From: Nitrospirota bacterium | Lineage (GTDB): Bacteria > Nitrospirota > UBA9217 | DNA: 64,000 nucleotides | Assembly: GCA_963818475.1 (NCBI GenBank) | Contig: CAWFSF010000006.1 | Span: 192,001-256,000, forward strand | Direction of reading: 5' to 3' | Shown: in pieces, positions 1 through 14,592 of the stretch | How positions within the stretch are numbered: position 1 is the first letter of the stretch | Layout: each line of letters starts with the position of its first letter | Program-made: the position numbers and the translations under genes | Notes under the pieces: model-generated | Database searches by the model: none | What the model was told of the DNA's origin: nothing | Seen by the model: the letters and a program-made list of their open reading frames with translations, nothing else

Positions 1-368
1 ACGGCTGCCTTGACCGTTTCTTCGATGAATTTGGAGCCTTCCACGGGAGACAGGTGCCGGAAGAGATGGCGCTGCCCCACCTGGGCGAGCGTGCGCCTGA
101 TCTCGGGCTGGAACAGGATGATGACGGCGAGGACGATCTGGGACCAGAAGCTGCGGATGAGCCAGTCGAGCGTGTAGAACTTGAGCCACTGCGATGCGCC
201 GAGCGCGAGCATGATCAGCCCCATGCCGACCAGCATCTGAAAGGCCCGCGTGCCTTTGATCAGCAGCAGCAGACGGTAGAAGAGATAGTAGACGAGCGCG
301 ATATCCACCGTATCGTTCAACCACCGGTAGTGCGCCAGCGCTTCTTTTATTTCAGTGAAGTTGGTCAT
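1..368 (-). CDS. cdaA: Diadenylate cyclase CdaA/DacA, N-terminal part (runs off window start)
   Basis: Manual minus-strand translation MTNFTEIK...DIALVYYLFYRLLLLIKGTRAFQML...IILFQPEIRRTL; three TM helices and FQPEIRR motif; typical position after folP. Confidence 0.85.
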   Translation of the reverse strand, partial: MTNFTEIKEALAHYRWLNDTVDIALVYYLFYRLLLLIKGTRAFQMLVGMGLIMLALGASQWLKFYTLDWLIRSFWSQIVLAVIILFQPEIRRTLAQVGQRHLFRHLSPVEGSKFIEETVKAA

Positions 369-377
369 CCGTTTGTT

Positions 378-502
378 CCAAATTCTAAATTACAATATCG
401 AAATCCCAAATAAATTCCAAACAGCAATCTCCAAAATTCAAACTGTTTGGTTTTTGACGCTTGGTGCATTATTTGCGTTTTGGAGCTTTCTATTTGGTGC
501 TT
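378..502. repeat. Degenerate short-period inverted repeat between cdaA and folP
   Basis: CAAATTC/AAATCCC-type units followed by complementary TTGGTGC/TTGGAGC units. Confidence 0.5.
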
Positions 503-1614
503 GCTCTGACTATCGCATCGGTCATGCGCGCGACCTTGACCATCTGCGCCACATCATGGACCCGCACGACCCGCGCACCCCGCTCGATCCCGAGGGCGAT
601 CGTCGCTGCCGTGCCTTCCTGTCTCCGGTCGGCCTCGGCGATCCCGAGGACGGTGCCGATGAACTTCTTGCGCGAGGTGCCGAGCAGGATCGGCCGGCCG
701 AGGCTGCGCAATTCGCCGAGGCGGTTCAGGAGCGCAAGGTTGTGCTCCAGGGTCTTGCCGAAGCCGATGCCCGGATCTACGAGGATGCTCTCCGGCTTCA
801 CGCCTGCCTGCACGGCGATGGTGATGCTGTCCGCCAGGTAGGACCTGACCTCGGCGACCACATCGGTGTAGACCGGGTTCTGCTGCATGTCGCGCGGTGT
901 GCCCTTGATGTGCATGATGACCACGGCGGCGCCATGCTCGGCGGCTACGCCGGCCATATCCAGCGAGAACCGGAGTCCGCTGATGTCGTTCACGATCGAG
1001 GCGCCGGCCTCAAGCGCCTTCCGGGCGACCCTGGATTTGTAGGTGTCGACCGAGATCGGGATCGTGAGCTCCGAGGCGAGGCGTTCGATCACCGGAACGA
1101 TCCTCCGGAGCTCTTCGTCCTCAGAGACCGGCTCTGCGCCGGGCCGCGTCGATTCCCCGCCGACGTCGATGATATCCGCGCCCTGGGCTGCCATCAGCCG
1201 GGCCTGGGTAATGGCCCGGGCCGTATCGGCATGGCGGCCGCCGTCGGAAAAGGAATCGGGCGTCACGTTCAGAATGCCCATGATGTGCGTACGGCTGCCG
1301 AGGTCGAGGACCCGCCCTTTGCAGCTGACCCTCTGGTCCGTGCGCAGGTAGTTGTCAAGGAGTGACTGCAATGCTGCAGGGAGGTCCGGCGGGACATGAG
1401 CGTTCGTGCGGAACGCATCGGGGAGTTGCCGCAAACGCTCAGGCGAGGCGGTCAGGAGCGCCTCTTTTCCGTCCCGCGCCGGTTGAAAGCTGATGGAGAT
1501 CCCGCCGTCGAGCGCCCGGACAAAGTCACGCACCACGGCCTGCTGCCCCGTGGTCAGGCCCTGAATGGATACGGCGAGCGATCCGGCTTCAACGATCCTG
1601 ACAGCAAGCCCCAT
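490..1614 (-). CDS. folP: Dihydropteroate synthase with ~100-aa N-terminal extension
   Basis: IMGILNVTPDSFSDGG, IDVGGESTRPG, DPGIGFGK, GTSRK, RVHDV. Confidence 0.96.
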   Translation of the reverse strand: MGLAVRIVEAGSLAVSIQGLTTGQQAVVRDFVRALDGGISISFQPARDGKEALLTASPERLRQLPDAFRTNAHVPPDLPAALQSLLDNYLRTDQRVSCKGRVLDLGSRTHIMGILNVTPDSFSDGGRHADTARAITQARLMAAQGADIIDVGGESTRPGAEPVSEDEELRRIVPVIERLASELTIPISVDTYKSRVARKALEAGASIVNDISGLRFSLDMAGVAAEHGAAVVIMHIKGTPRDMQQNPVYTDVVAEVRSYLADSITIAVQAGVKPESILVDPGIGFGKTLEHNLALLNRLGELRSLGRPILLGTSRKKFIGTVLGIAEADRRQEGTAATIALGIERGARVVRVHDVAQMVKVARMTDAIVRASTK

Positions 1615-1622
1615 AGCGCGCC

Positions 1623-3429
<1,807 letters not shown>

Positions 3430-3534
3430 CGATGCAAACCTCCGATCCTGCGCGCCCTGCAAAGAAGCACGACAGGTAACCTTTTAATAATTTACCATAT
3501 TTTACTGCTGCTGACAACAGCTTCGATGCTCCGG

Positions 3535-4078
3535 CTATCCCTCTCGTTCCTCGAGGGGCAGGACGGCGATATAGGGCAGGTTGCGGTACCGGTCCTTGTA
3601 GTCGAGGCCGTATCCGACCACATACTTGTTGGGGATGCGGAAACCGGCGTAGTCCGCCTCGATCTGCCACTTTCCGCCGCTCCGACTTGTCCAGGAGCAC
3701 GCAGACCTTGAGCGACGCCGGGCCGCGGTCAATGAGCATTTGTTTGAGATACTGGAGCGTGACGCCGGAGTCAACGATATCCTCCACCAGCAGAACATGC
3801 TTGCCTTTGATGTCCTCTTTCATGTCGCACAGCATCTGCACCGGGGTCACTCCTTTGCCCTTGGAGGACGAGCTGGTGCAGTGCATGAAGTCCATCCGAA
3901 CGGAGATCCTGAGCGAACGGAGCAGGTCGGACATGAAAAAGATGGCGCCTTTGAGCACTCCGACGACCAGCAGGTCCTTGTCCGCATAGTCCTTGGAGAT
4001 CCGGGAGCCGAGTTCCTGGATCTTACGCTGGATCTCCTCGCTCGTGAAAAGCGGTTTACCGAAATCGATTCCTACCAT
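3535..4078 (-). CDS. hpt: Hypoxanthine phosphoribosyltransferase (one frameshift)
   Basis: [32 protein letters not shown]...YRNLPYI; tilS-hpt-ftsH order. Confidence 0.95.
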
Positions 4079-4107
4079 TGCATGTCCTCCGTGAGATATA
4101 GTTCGCA

Positions 4108-4213
4108 TCAGGTGTTTAGATCAGGTGTTTAGGCTGAAGGCTGAAGTTCAAAGCTGAAGGCTAAAGTTAAGGTTGAAGGGTGTAGTAGTGCGTTTCCCTT
4201 CAGTCTTCAGCCT
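4108..4213. repeat. GCTGAA-type short tandem repeat with inverted CTTCAG copies
   Basis: aggctgaagg ctgaagttca aagctgaagg ... cttcagtcttcagcct. Confidence 0.65.
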
Positions 4214-4214
4214 A

Positions 4215-5613
4215 TTAACCTTCCGCCTGCTTCTTCACCCGCACCAGCAGCCGCTGCTTCGTGTCCGCCTGCGCCAGGAACCGCTGGTCGGTGCGCATCC
4301 CCATGACCCAGAGGATCTCGGTCCCGGAGCAGAGCAGCGGGACAATATCGCGCTGCCGTCGCGGGACCTTGGCATCCACCAGCAGGTCCTGCAGTTTCTT
4401 GCTTTTTCCGCCCAGGCCGGCAGGGTGGAACCGGTCGCCGGGGCGCCTGTTCCGGACCTGCAACGGGAGGCCTATCTTATCATAATCGAAAAGGGCCTGC
4501 CAGCAATAATTTGTATCAGGAGGCATTTCCGGGCCGTTGCACAGAACGGCCTCCACTTCAATTCCGCACTCCGGCACGGCTGTCCTGCCCGGGACCAGGA
4601 GGTTGCGGGTAAAGGGTGCTGCAGCTGTTGACGGACCAACAAGGAATTGTTCATAGGTCCGTTCGATCATAAGTTCTGCCGGGAGTCGCATGGTCCTGCC
4701 CGTCGGCGCTGCGGACATGAACTGGAGCGCTTCGTCGACCTGTAGAGACGAAAGGCTGGAAGGGCCGTCAGCAAGAGCATCTGCCAGTCTGCGCAGCAGC
4801 CTGCGTTTGATGGCCGGATGGAGCGCAAGGAATGCCTCGCGCTGCACAACGAAGCCGTCTTCCCGCTTCCCGGTGATCGCCTGAGCGGCCGATTCGACGG
4901 ACAGGTCCAGGGCTTCGCTTTCGTCTTTGAGCAGCGCTGCCTCGGCAGCGAGCGTCTCGACGATGCGCGGATTGAACTGCTTGAGAACAGGCATGAGTTC
5001 CAGCCGTATCCTGTTCCTGGTATAGAGCGGTTTCGTGTTCGAGGGATCGGTCACGAACGTGAGCCCGGACCGCGCGAGGTGCTCCAGGACCTGTTCGCGC
5101 GTGATCTCGATGAGCGGCCTGATGAACGGGCCGCGTATCGGCGGGATGCCGGCAAGGCCTGCGCTGCCTGCACCGCGCAACAGCCGCAGGAGCACGGTCT
5201 CGGCCTGGTCCGTCGCGGTGTGGCCGGTGGCGATGCGCGAGGCGCCGATCTTTTCAGCTGTCCGGGAAAGAAAGGCATACCGCGCCTCCCGTGCTCCGGC
5301 CTGAACCGACAGTCCGCGCTCACGGCAGAGCGCTGCTGCATCGACGGACTCGATCGTGGACGGAAGGCCGAACTGTTTTGCAAGACCGGCAACGAACAGC
5401 GCTTCGTCCGCGGATTCTTTTCCCCGGAACATATGGTCGAGGTGCGCTACATGGAGTGAGATGGCCCAGTTCGTCGGAAAGCGCATGGAGCGCCGCGAGG
5501 AGGCAGACGGAATCAGGGCCGCCCGAGACCGCGACGAGCACGGTCTCGCCGGGACTCAGCATCCGGTATTTCAGTACGGTTTTTTTTAGCTTGGCAAGCA
5601 GCATCGTATTCAT
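4215..5613 (-). CDS. tilS: tRNA(Ile)-lysidine synthetase (one frameshift)
   Basis: VAVSGGPDS, HLDHMFR, ATGHTATDQAET, RNRIR, C-terminal TilS_C. Confidence 0.95.
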
Positions 5614-5752
5614 TGAACCAGAGGCCGGCAGCAGCAGACGACAAGGCACGTGGAACGATCCGACTCCAGCATTCTCCCTGGTTGTTTTTTGTAGTATACC
5701 GGAGAGGGTAGCAAGAACGAATACAGACTCATCGTGAGCGAGGGGAGAAGAA

Positions 5753-5828
5753 TGGTGGCGGTGCAGGGACTCGAACCCCGGACACAGGGATTATGATTCC
5801 CCTGCTCTACCAGCTGAGCTACACCGCC
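5753..5828 (-). tRNA. tRNA-Met(CAT), probably elongator
   Basis: GGCGGTGTAGCTCAG...GGGGAATCATAATCCCT...GTTCGAGTCC...CACCA; 76 nt cloverleaf, paired G1:C72. Confidence 0.92.
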
Positions 5829-6044
5829 CCATGAAAAAACACGGGTAAAGATACTGCATTGCGGAATTTTTGTCAAGAAAAACCGTACTGGATTGTCGTT
5901 CTTCAGGGCAGGTGGAACAAAAGATGTGCAACAGCGCTGGATGAAGTACTGTTCGCCTCTGCAATCTTGGCAAGGACCGGGTGTCAAGACCCCGGCGGGC
6001 AGCGTCCTGTTATTCGCCGCAGGAGACCGCCCGCAAGGGCAATT

Positions 6045-6251
6045 TTAACGGGTGGACCTGTTTGTTTTGCTCATCTTGAGGCTTTTCAGCCTTCGTTTCT
6101 TGGCCTCTATCCGTTTTCGTTTCTTTTTGATCGATGGTTTCTCGTAATGGCGCCTGTTCTTCAGTTCCCGGAACAAGCCATCGGTCTGCATTTTGCGCTT
6201 GAGCAGCCGGATAGCTTTTTCTATGTTTTTATCGTCAACCCTTATCTCCAA
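6045..6251 (-). CDS. rpsU: 30S ribosomal protein S21
   Basis: NIEKAIRLLKRK...RRHYEKPS. Confidence 0.93.
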   Translation of the reverse strand: MEIRVDDKNIEKAIRLLKRKMQTDGLFRELKNRRHYEKPSIKKKRKRIEAKKRRLKSLKMSKTNRSTR

Positions 6252-6592
6252 TTATTCGACTTCCTTCCTCCGCCGCCACCGCCGCGATCAAATCCGGAAC
6301 GCTGTCCACCCCTTCCTCCGCCGCCACCGGTCCGGGGACGATCCGTTTGGGGCCGAGCCTCACTGACATTGATCGTCCGGTCCAGAACAGCCGTGCCGTT
6401 CAGCGTTGCGATCGCTTTATCAGCGTCCTCGTCAACTGCCATTTCAACGAAACCGAAACCCTTTGACCTGCCTGTTGCAGCATCCGTGATGATCCTTACC
6501 GACTGAACTTCCCCGATGGCCGCGAATACTTCCTTGAGACTGTCTTCGGTCACGTTGTACGACAAATTGCCCACATACAGTTTCTTTGCCAT
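6242..6592 (-). CDS. RRM-domain RNA-binding protein with Gly/Arg-rich tail
   Basis: RNP2 LYVGNL, RNP1 KGFGFVEM, GGGGGRGG tail. Confidence 0.93.
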   Translation of the reverse strand: MAKKLYVGNLSYNVTEDSLKEVFAAIGEVQSVRIITDAATGRSKGFGFVEMAVDEDADKAIATLNGTAVLDRTINVSEARPQTDRPRTGGGGGRGGQRSGFDRGGGGGGRKSNNWR

Positions 6593-6855
6593 TTGCTCCT
6601 CCTGTCTGGTTGTTCACTGCACTACGGTCGCACATGTCTGCTACTTTGTTCGTATGAGGGAACCGGAAATCCCGAAGAAACCGTAACTGTTTTCAGATGG
6701 TTTTCAGTGCTTGCGTCCAGAGACTTTAAAACTGAGCAATAAAAATAAAAAAGACCGCAAAAATATAAGTTTTTGCAGTCCGAATCCGATTAACAAAAAC
6801 TCCGAAAATTACTTATGATAATCTGTGTACAGTATAGGTGGCATGCAAAGAAAAG

Positions 6856-8223
6856 TCAACCCGTTTTATTTTTTTTCCGGCTGCTGACCGGCTTTTTGCG
6901 GGGAGATTCTTCTTCTCTGCGCCGTTTGGGGAATATCCGGACGGGCGTGCCCAGGAAGCCGAAGGCCCGGCGCAGGTTGTTCTCGATGAACCGGAGGTAT
7001 GAAAAATGGACGCCGTCCGGGTAGTTGACGAAGACGACGAAGGTCGGCGGTTTAATGTCCACCTGGGTGATGTAAAAGTACTTCACCCGCTTGCCGCGGT
7101 AGAGCGGCGGTTCGTGGTGCGCGGCAAGTTTTTCGAACACCCGGTTCAGGTCCGCCGTGGAGACCCGTTTCGAGGCCTCGACCATGACCTTGTCGATCTC
7201 GTCGAAGACCTTGGTGATGCGCTGCCGCGTCAATGCCGACATGGTGAGCACGGGCGCGTAATCGACGAACTTGAGCTTCTGCTCGGCCTGCGCCATCATC
7301 CGCTTGTATTCCTCTTCCTTGTCGGTGACCAGGTCCCATTTGTTCAGGATAATGATGATCGCCTTGCCGGCCTCGTGCGCCAGGCCGACGATCCGTTCGT
7401 CCTGCTCGGTGATTCCTTCGATGGAATCGATCAGGACGAGAGCCACGTCGGCGCGGTCCAGGCTTTTGATGGCCCGCATGACGCTGTATTTCTCTACGCC
7501 CTGAGTGACTCTGCCGCGGCTCCTGATGCCTGCAGTGTCCACGAGCACATACTTCCGGCCGTAGTACTGGTACAGGCTGTCCACGGCGTCCCTCGTTGTT
7601 CCCGAGACAGGGCTTACGATCATCCGGTCCTCGCCGATGAGCGCGTTGATGAACGATGATTTGCCCACGTTGGGCCTGCCGATGATCGCTATCCGCGGAT
7701 GGGTTTCCTCCGGCTCGGACCCGGTTACCGGAAGGAGCCGCGTCAGTTCCTCCATGAGCTCCGAAAAACCGCCGCCATGCTGTGCTGAAAGGGGATAGAG
7801 CGTGTCGATGCCGAGGCGGTAAAAGTCCAGGATGAGGCCCTCATGCCGGGCCCCGTCGACCTTATTCACGGCATAGAGCACGGGTTTGCCCGAGGCCCGG
7901 AGCCGCTGACACACTTCGATGTCGGCCGGCAGCAGGCCCTGCTGTCCGTCCATAAGGAAAACGATGATGTCCGCTTCTTCAATGGCGAGCGTGGTCTGCT
8001 CGCGCATCTTGGTGAACATGGGATCGTCGGTCTCCGGCTCGAACCCGCCGGTGTCGATGATCAGGAAATGCTTGCCTTCCCATTCCGCGTTGGCGTAGTT
8101 GCGGTCCCGCGTTACGCCGGGTTTGTCCTCGACGATGGCGAGGTTCCTGCCGATGATCCGGTTGAAGAGGGTCGACTTGCCGACATTCGGCCGGCCGACT
8201 ATGGCGATGACTGGTTTAGACAT
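6856..8223 (-). CDS. der: Ribosome biogenesis GTPase Der (EngA)
   Basis: Two GTPase domains (GRPNVGKS twice, DTGG/DTAG, NKVD/NKWD). Confidence 0.97.
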   Translation of the reverse strand: MSKPVIAIVGRPNVGKSTLFNRIIGRNLAIVEDKPGVTRDRNYANAEWEGKHFLIIDTGGFEPETDDPMFTKMREQTTLAIEEADIIVFLMDGQQGLLPADIEVCQRLRASGKPVLYAVNKVDGARHEGLILDFYRLGIDTLYPLSAQHGGGFSELMEELTRLLPVTGSEPEETHPRIAIIGRPNVGKSSFINALIGEDRMIVSPVSGTTRDAVDSLYQYYGRKYVLVDTAGIRSRGRVTQGVEKYSVMRAIKSLDRADVALVLIDSIEGITEQDERIVGLAHEAGKAIIIILNKWDLVTDKEEEYKRMMAQAEQKLKFVDYAPVLTMSALTRQRITKVFDEIDKVMVEASKRVSTADLNRVFEKLAAHHEPPLYRGKRVKYFYITQVDIKPPTFVVFVNYPDGVHFSYLRFIENNLRRAFGFLGTPVRIFPKRRREEESPRKKPVSSRKKNKTG

Positions 8224-8415
8224 GATCAGTACACGATAATAACCACGGAGGCAGCGGGGCGTTGGAGCGCTCCGCGTGCAGGGTTATACCTTTCTCTGTG
8301 GTTGACAGCGGGCACTATATCATTATTGCGCTCTTCATTACAAGAAAAAACCTTGCGAAGCCCTGCTGTTTATGTTATTTATTGACATTCAAATGGTCCC
8401 GCACAGGAGGTTCAG

Positions 8416-8947
8416 ATGAGTGCAAAGAACAGTGTCGCCGTCATAGCTTTTTTCATACTGCTCTCCGCATCGCCGGCTTCTGCGGAACTGTACCGATGGG
8501 TGGACAGGGACGGGCAGGAGTTCTTCACGAACGAGCCCACGAAGGTCCCGCAGGAGTACCGGAGCACGGCCACCGCTATAAAGACCGACGATAATCGGGT
8601 CAGCGTCGCAGGGAAACCGGCACTGCCGCATTCGCCGACCGTGGAGGTCAGGGAGCACCGTGACAAGAACGGCCGCGGCGAAGAGTGGTGGCAGCCGGCG
8701 TGCCGAGAACCAGCGCCTGGAGCTTCGCAAGCTTGAGGACGACCTTGATCTGCTGCAGAAGAAAGAACAGGACCAGGAAGCGAAGTCAACGCGGATATCC
8801 GGAAAAAAGAAAAAGTCTTCAGCGGCTGATGACCGAAAAAAGATGCAGCTTGAAAAGAAGATCGCCCAGGCAAAACGCCGGCTTGAGGTGGATCTTCCCG
8901 AGGAAGCGCGCAAGGCTGACGCGTACCCCGGATGGCTGCGGGAATAA
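8416..8947 (+). CDS. DUF4124-like exported protein (one frameshift)
   Basis: Signal peptide then ELYRWVDRDGQEFFTNEP; coiled coil ending ARKADAYPGWLRE in a second frame. Confidence 0.7.
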
Positions 8948-9067
8948 CGGCCGCTTCCCGACAATCCCGCGAATGTGCCAACCGTGAGGGGGCCGGCTCG
9001 CCCGGAAAAGGGGAGCAAGGAGTATTTGGTAAGGAGAAAACCGGGTGTTTCCCGGGACCAGTGCGTT

Positions 9068-9743
9068 ATGAAAATAATCATCGTTGCCAAGAACCTCCTG
9101 CCGGTCTTCGACAGCAATGCAACTATCTTTAGGAGGGGTGGCATCACGCTGCTTGCCGCTCAATCTTCGGAAGAGATTCTTACGCTGCATGGTCTCAAGA
9201 ATGCAGACCTCATTATAACCGATCAGGCCGTACCGCCTCATGGGTGCGGTAACGCTGTGCACCGCCATCCGCAATGATGGCCGGCTGAAAAAAGTGTCCA
9301 TCATTGTGACCGGCGACAACAGCGGGGAGGGCGGGGCGAAATGTCTGGAGGCAGGGGCCAACGCCTTTATCCCGGCGCCGATCGACCCCGTGGCGCTTTT
9401 TTCCACAATGTCCGAACTGCTCCTGGTGCCGCAGCGGAAGGACATGCGGGTGTTGCTGCGCGCCTCCGTAAAAGGACTGGAAGGCGATGAGTCATTTTTT
9501 GCGGCGTCACAGAACATCAGCATTTCGGGTATGATGCTGGAGACCGACCGGAGCCTTGCGCCGGGGGACCGGCTGACCTGCTCATTTAACATCGCACACA
9601 GCGAGATCAGGGTTTCCTGCATGATCGTACGGGCCGACCTGACCGCTTCCGGGAGACACCGATACGGCGTGAATTTTTTAAACCTTGATACGAAGTCGCT
9701 GATCATCATAGAAAACTATGTCAAGGTCCAGGCGCGGCGCTAG
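9068..9743 (+). CDS. Degenerate receiver domain fused to PilZ domain (one frameshift)
   Basis: REC-like fold (DLIITD, AGANAFI); PilZ motifs QRKDMR and NISISG. Confidence 0.75.
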
Positions 9744-9763
9744 CGGTCCCGGTTTTTCAATGT

Positions 9764-12250
<2,487 letters not shown>

Positions 12251-12282
12251 ATCGCTGCGGGGTGCCCCCTGAGAAGCCGAGG

Positions 12283-12867
12283 ATGAACAGCGTGCAAAGC
12301 AGCCGTATCAGATACAGTATCCTTCTGGCAGTGTTCCTGCTCGCGTCTTCCTGCGGGTACCGCCTCTCCGGGACCGGCGGCGTGGTGCCCGAAGGGACCA
12401 GGCTTGTCGCTATTCCCGTGTTCCTCAACGGTACGAATGAGCCCTATGTGGATGTGGAGGTGACGCAGGCTGTGGTGCAGGAGTTCCTGACCGACGGCAG
12501 GCTGAAGGTCGTCAGTCCCGAAGAGGCGGAGCTGGTCCTCCATGGCAAGGTGACCAAATACGAGGTCCTGCCGCTGTCGTTCACGGCCGCTTCCCACATT
12601 CAGCAGTACAAGGTGCATATCACGGTGGATGCACGTCTCGAGGATCTGAGAGCAAAAAAGATCCTGTGGCAGGAAAAAGGGATCACGTCGCTTTTTATCT
12701 CGGACTATTCAGTGGCCTATGCTCCTGTCACTGCTCCGACAACGACCGTGCCGATCGGTGAGGCGGCGAACATATCGCAGACAAAGATCTCAAAGGAGAC
12801 GGCCATTCAGAAGGCGAGCCGCGACATTGCCTGGACGATCCGAAGCCTCGTGCTGGAAGGTTTTTAA
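12283..12867 (+). CDS. lptE: LPS assembly lipoprotein LptE family
   Basis: Lipobox LASSCGY; leuS-lptE-holA gene order. Confidence 0.8.
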   Translation: MNSVQSSRIRYSILLAVFLLASSCGYRLSGTGGVVPEGTRLVAIPVFLNGTNEPYVDVEVTQAVVQEFLTDGRLKVVSPEEAELVLHGKVTKYEVLPLSFTAASHIQQYKVHITVDARLEDLRAKKILWQEKGITSLFISDYSVAYAPVTAPTTTVPIGEAANISQTKISKETAIQKASRDIAWTIRSLVLEGF

Positions 12868-12939
12868 ATGCAGGTTTTGCAACAGCGGCCCTCGGCCGGG
12901 AACCGCAGAGAGGCATTGAAGGAGCCTTACTCGTTGTTA

Positions 12940-12970
12940 ATTCCGCGATCCGCAATCCGCATTCCGCAAT
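12940..12970. repeat. Heptamer tandem repeat (ATCCGCA-type)
   Basis: attccgcgatccgcaatccgcattccgcaat. Confidence 0.75.
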
Positions 12971-13001
12971 TTGAGCGCCGCCAAGGCAACCCCCCTGTAT
13001 C

Positions 13002-14024
13002 ATGCTGAAGCATCAAGAACTCATGTCCGGCCTCAAGCAGGGAAAGATCCTCCCTGCCTATCTGCTCTTCGGCGACGAGGAGTTCCTGCTCCAGGAGGCC
13101 GTTGACCTGATCACGGCCAAGGTCGTGGACCCTGCGGCCAGGGACTTCAATTGCAATGTTGTTTACTGCCGCGACACCCCGGTCTCGGACATCGTGAACT
13201 TTGCGCAGACCCTTCCGTTCATGTCCGCAAAGCGGCTGGTGATCGCCAAGGACATCGATGCGCTCAAGGCCGCCGATCTGGAAGAGCTCATTGCCTACCT
13301 GAAGGACCCTTCGCCCAGCACCTGCCTGGTGCTGATCTCGAACCAGGGGAAATACGACAAGAAGTCCGTGATCGCGGCGGTGGAGTCGCACGGCGCCGTG
13401 ACCCGGTTCTATGCGCTTCTGGACCGGGAGATCGTGGCCTGGATCGAGGCCTGGGCACGGGCACGGGGACTGTCGATGCAGCGCGACGCGGCGCCCTACC
13501 TGTGGCAGACCATCGGGAATGATCTGCAAAAGATCGGGAATGAGCTGCAGAAGGTCGAGATCTTCATCAAGGAGCGGAAAACGATCACCTTTGATGATGT
13601 GAAGACCGTGATCGGAGACTTCCGGGAATACACGTCCTTTGACCTGGCTGATGCGATCGGCCGCAAGGACCGGGAAAAGGCATTCCTCATCCTGTCCCGC
13701 TTGATCCAGGAAGGGGAGCAGCCGGTGGGTCTGCTCGGTTCGGTTTCCTGGAATTTCCGCCGGCTCATGCATGCCAAGTCCATGGAGCTTGCGGGGCTGG
13801 GGCCTGACGAGATCATGCGCAAGCTGAGGCCCCCGGTGATCTTTCACCAGGCGCCTCAGTTCAAGGAACAGATGAAGCGCTTCTCGCTCGACGAATTGCG
13901 CGGGGTCTTCGAGGTCCTGCTCCGGGCGGACCAAACGCTCAAATCAAGCGGGCTGGCTGGACGGCTGGTGCTGGAGCGGATGATCATGAGGATGTGCTGG
14001 GAAAGAGGACCGGTGAAGAGGTGA
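13002..14024 (+). CDS. holA: DNA polymerase III delta subunit
   Basis: YLLFGDEEFL, TLPFMSAKRLV, ADQTLKSS; synteny. Confidence 0.92.
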   Translation: MLKHQELMSGLKQGKILPAYLLFGDEEFLLQEAVDLITAKVVDPAARDFNCNVVYCRDTPVSDIVNFAQTLPFMSAKRLVIAKDIDALKAADLEELIAYLKDPSPSTCLVLISNQGKYDKKSVIAAVESHGAVTRFYALLDREIVAWIEAWARARGLSMQRDAAPYLWQTIGNDLQKIGNELQKVEIFIKERKTITFDDVKTVIGDFREYTSFDLADAIGRKDREKAFLILSRLIQEGEQPVGLLGSVSWNFRRLMHAKSMELAGLGPDEIMRKLRPPVIFHQAPQFKEQMKRFSLDELRGVFEVLLRADQTLKSSGLAGRLVLERMIMRMCWERGPVKR

Positions 14025-14132
14025 ATGGGTGGATCGGTAAAGAGGGAGATGATGGAGCAACCGACAGATCGGTGAATCAGTGAAGAAACTGAACTTTCCA
14101 GCCGCTTCACCGCTTCACCGATTGACCTGTTT

Positions 14133-14408
14133 TTATTTCGCTGCGGTGATCTTGCCTACCTTGATAGAAAGGCGGGAGATCTTGCGGGAAGCGGTGTTCT
14201 TATGGACGAGGCCCTTTGATGCTGCCTTGTCGTAGGCTTTCATGGCCTGGAGCATGGCTTCTTTGGCCACATCGGCGTTCTTGGTTTCAACGGCCTGCTC
14301 GACCTTCTTCGTCAGGGTCTTGAGCATGGATTTTGCTGATGCATTGAGCAAGCGCTTTTTGTCGGCCTGCTTCTGCCTCTTGATCACGGATTTATGTATT
14401 GCCGGCAT
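14133..14408 (-). CDS. rpsT: 30S ribosomal protein S20
   Basis: HKSVIKR...DKAASKGLVHKNTASRKISRL. Confidence 0.96.
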   Translation of the reverse strand: MPAIHKSVIKRQKQADKKRLLNASAKSMLKTLTKKVEQAVETKNADVAKEAMLQAMKAYDKAASKGLVHKNTASRKISRLSIKVGKITAAK

Positions 14409-14592
14409 ACTGTGTTCCTCCTTGGAATTTGTAAAACAGGTTGAATTTCTAACATAAATAACAGGCTACTGTCAAGCAAAAAAGGGTGAAGCGCCGGGTT
14501 ATTGCTTTTCCTAAAGGGGCTTTTCTGTTACAGTGCCCCATCCGCCCGCAGGTCCTGCGGCGTCCAATTATGCTGTATCGAGGTGGTTGTGC

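Noticed and set aside
5753-5828. CAT tRNA beside tilS as tRNA-Ile2, the TilS substrate
   Set aside because: The acceptor stem GGCGGTG lacks the C4/C5 determinants of tRNA-Ile2 and resembles elongator tRNA-Met.
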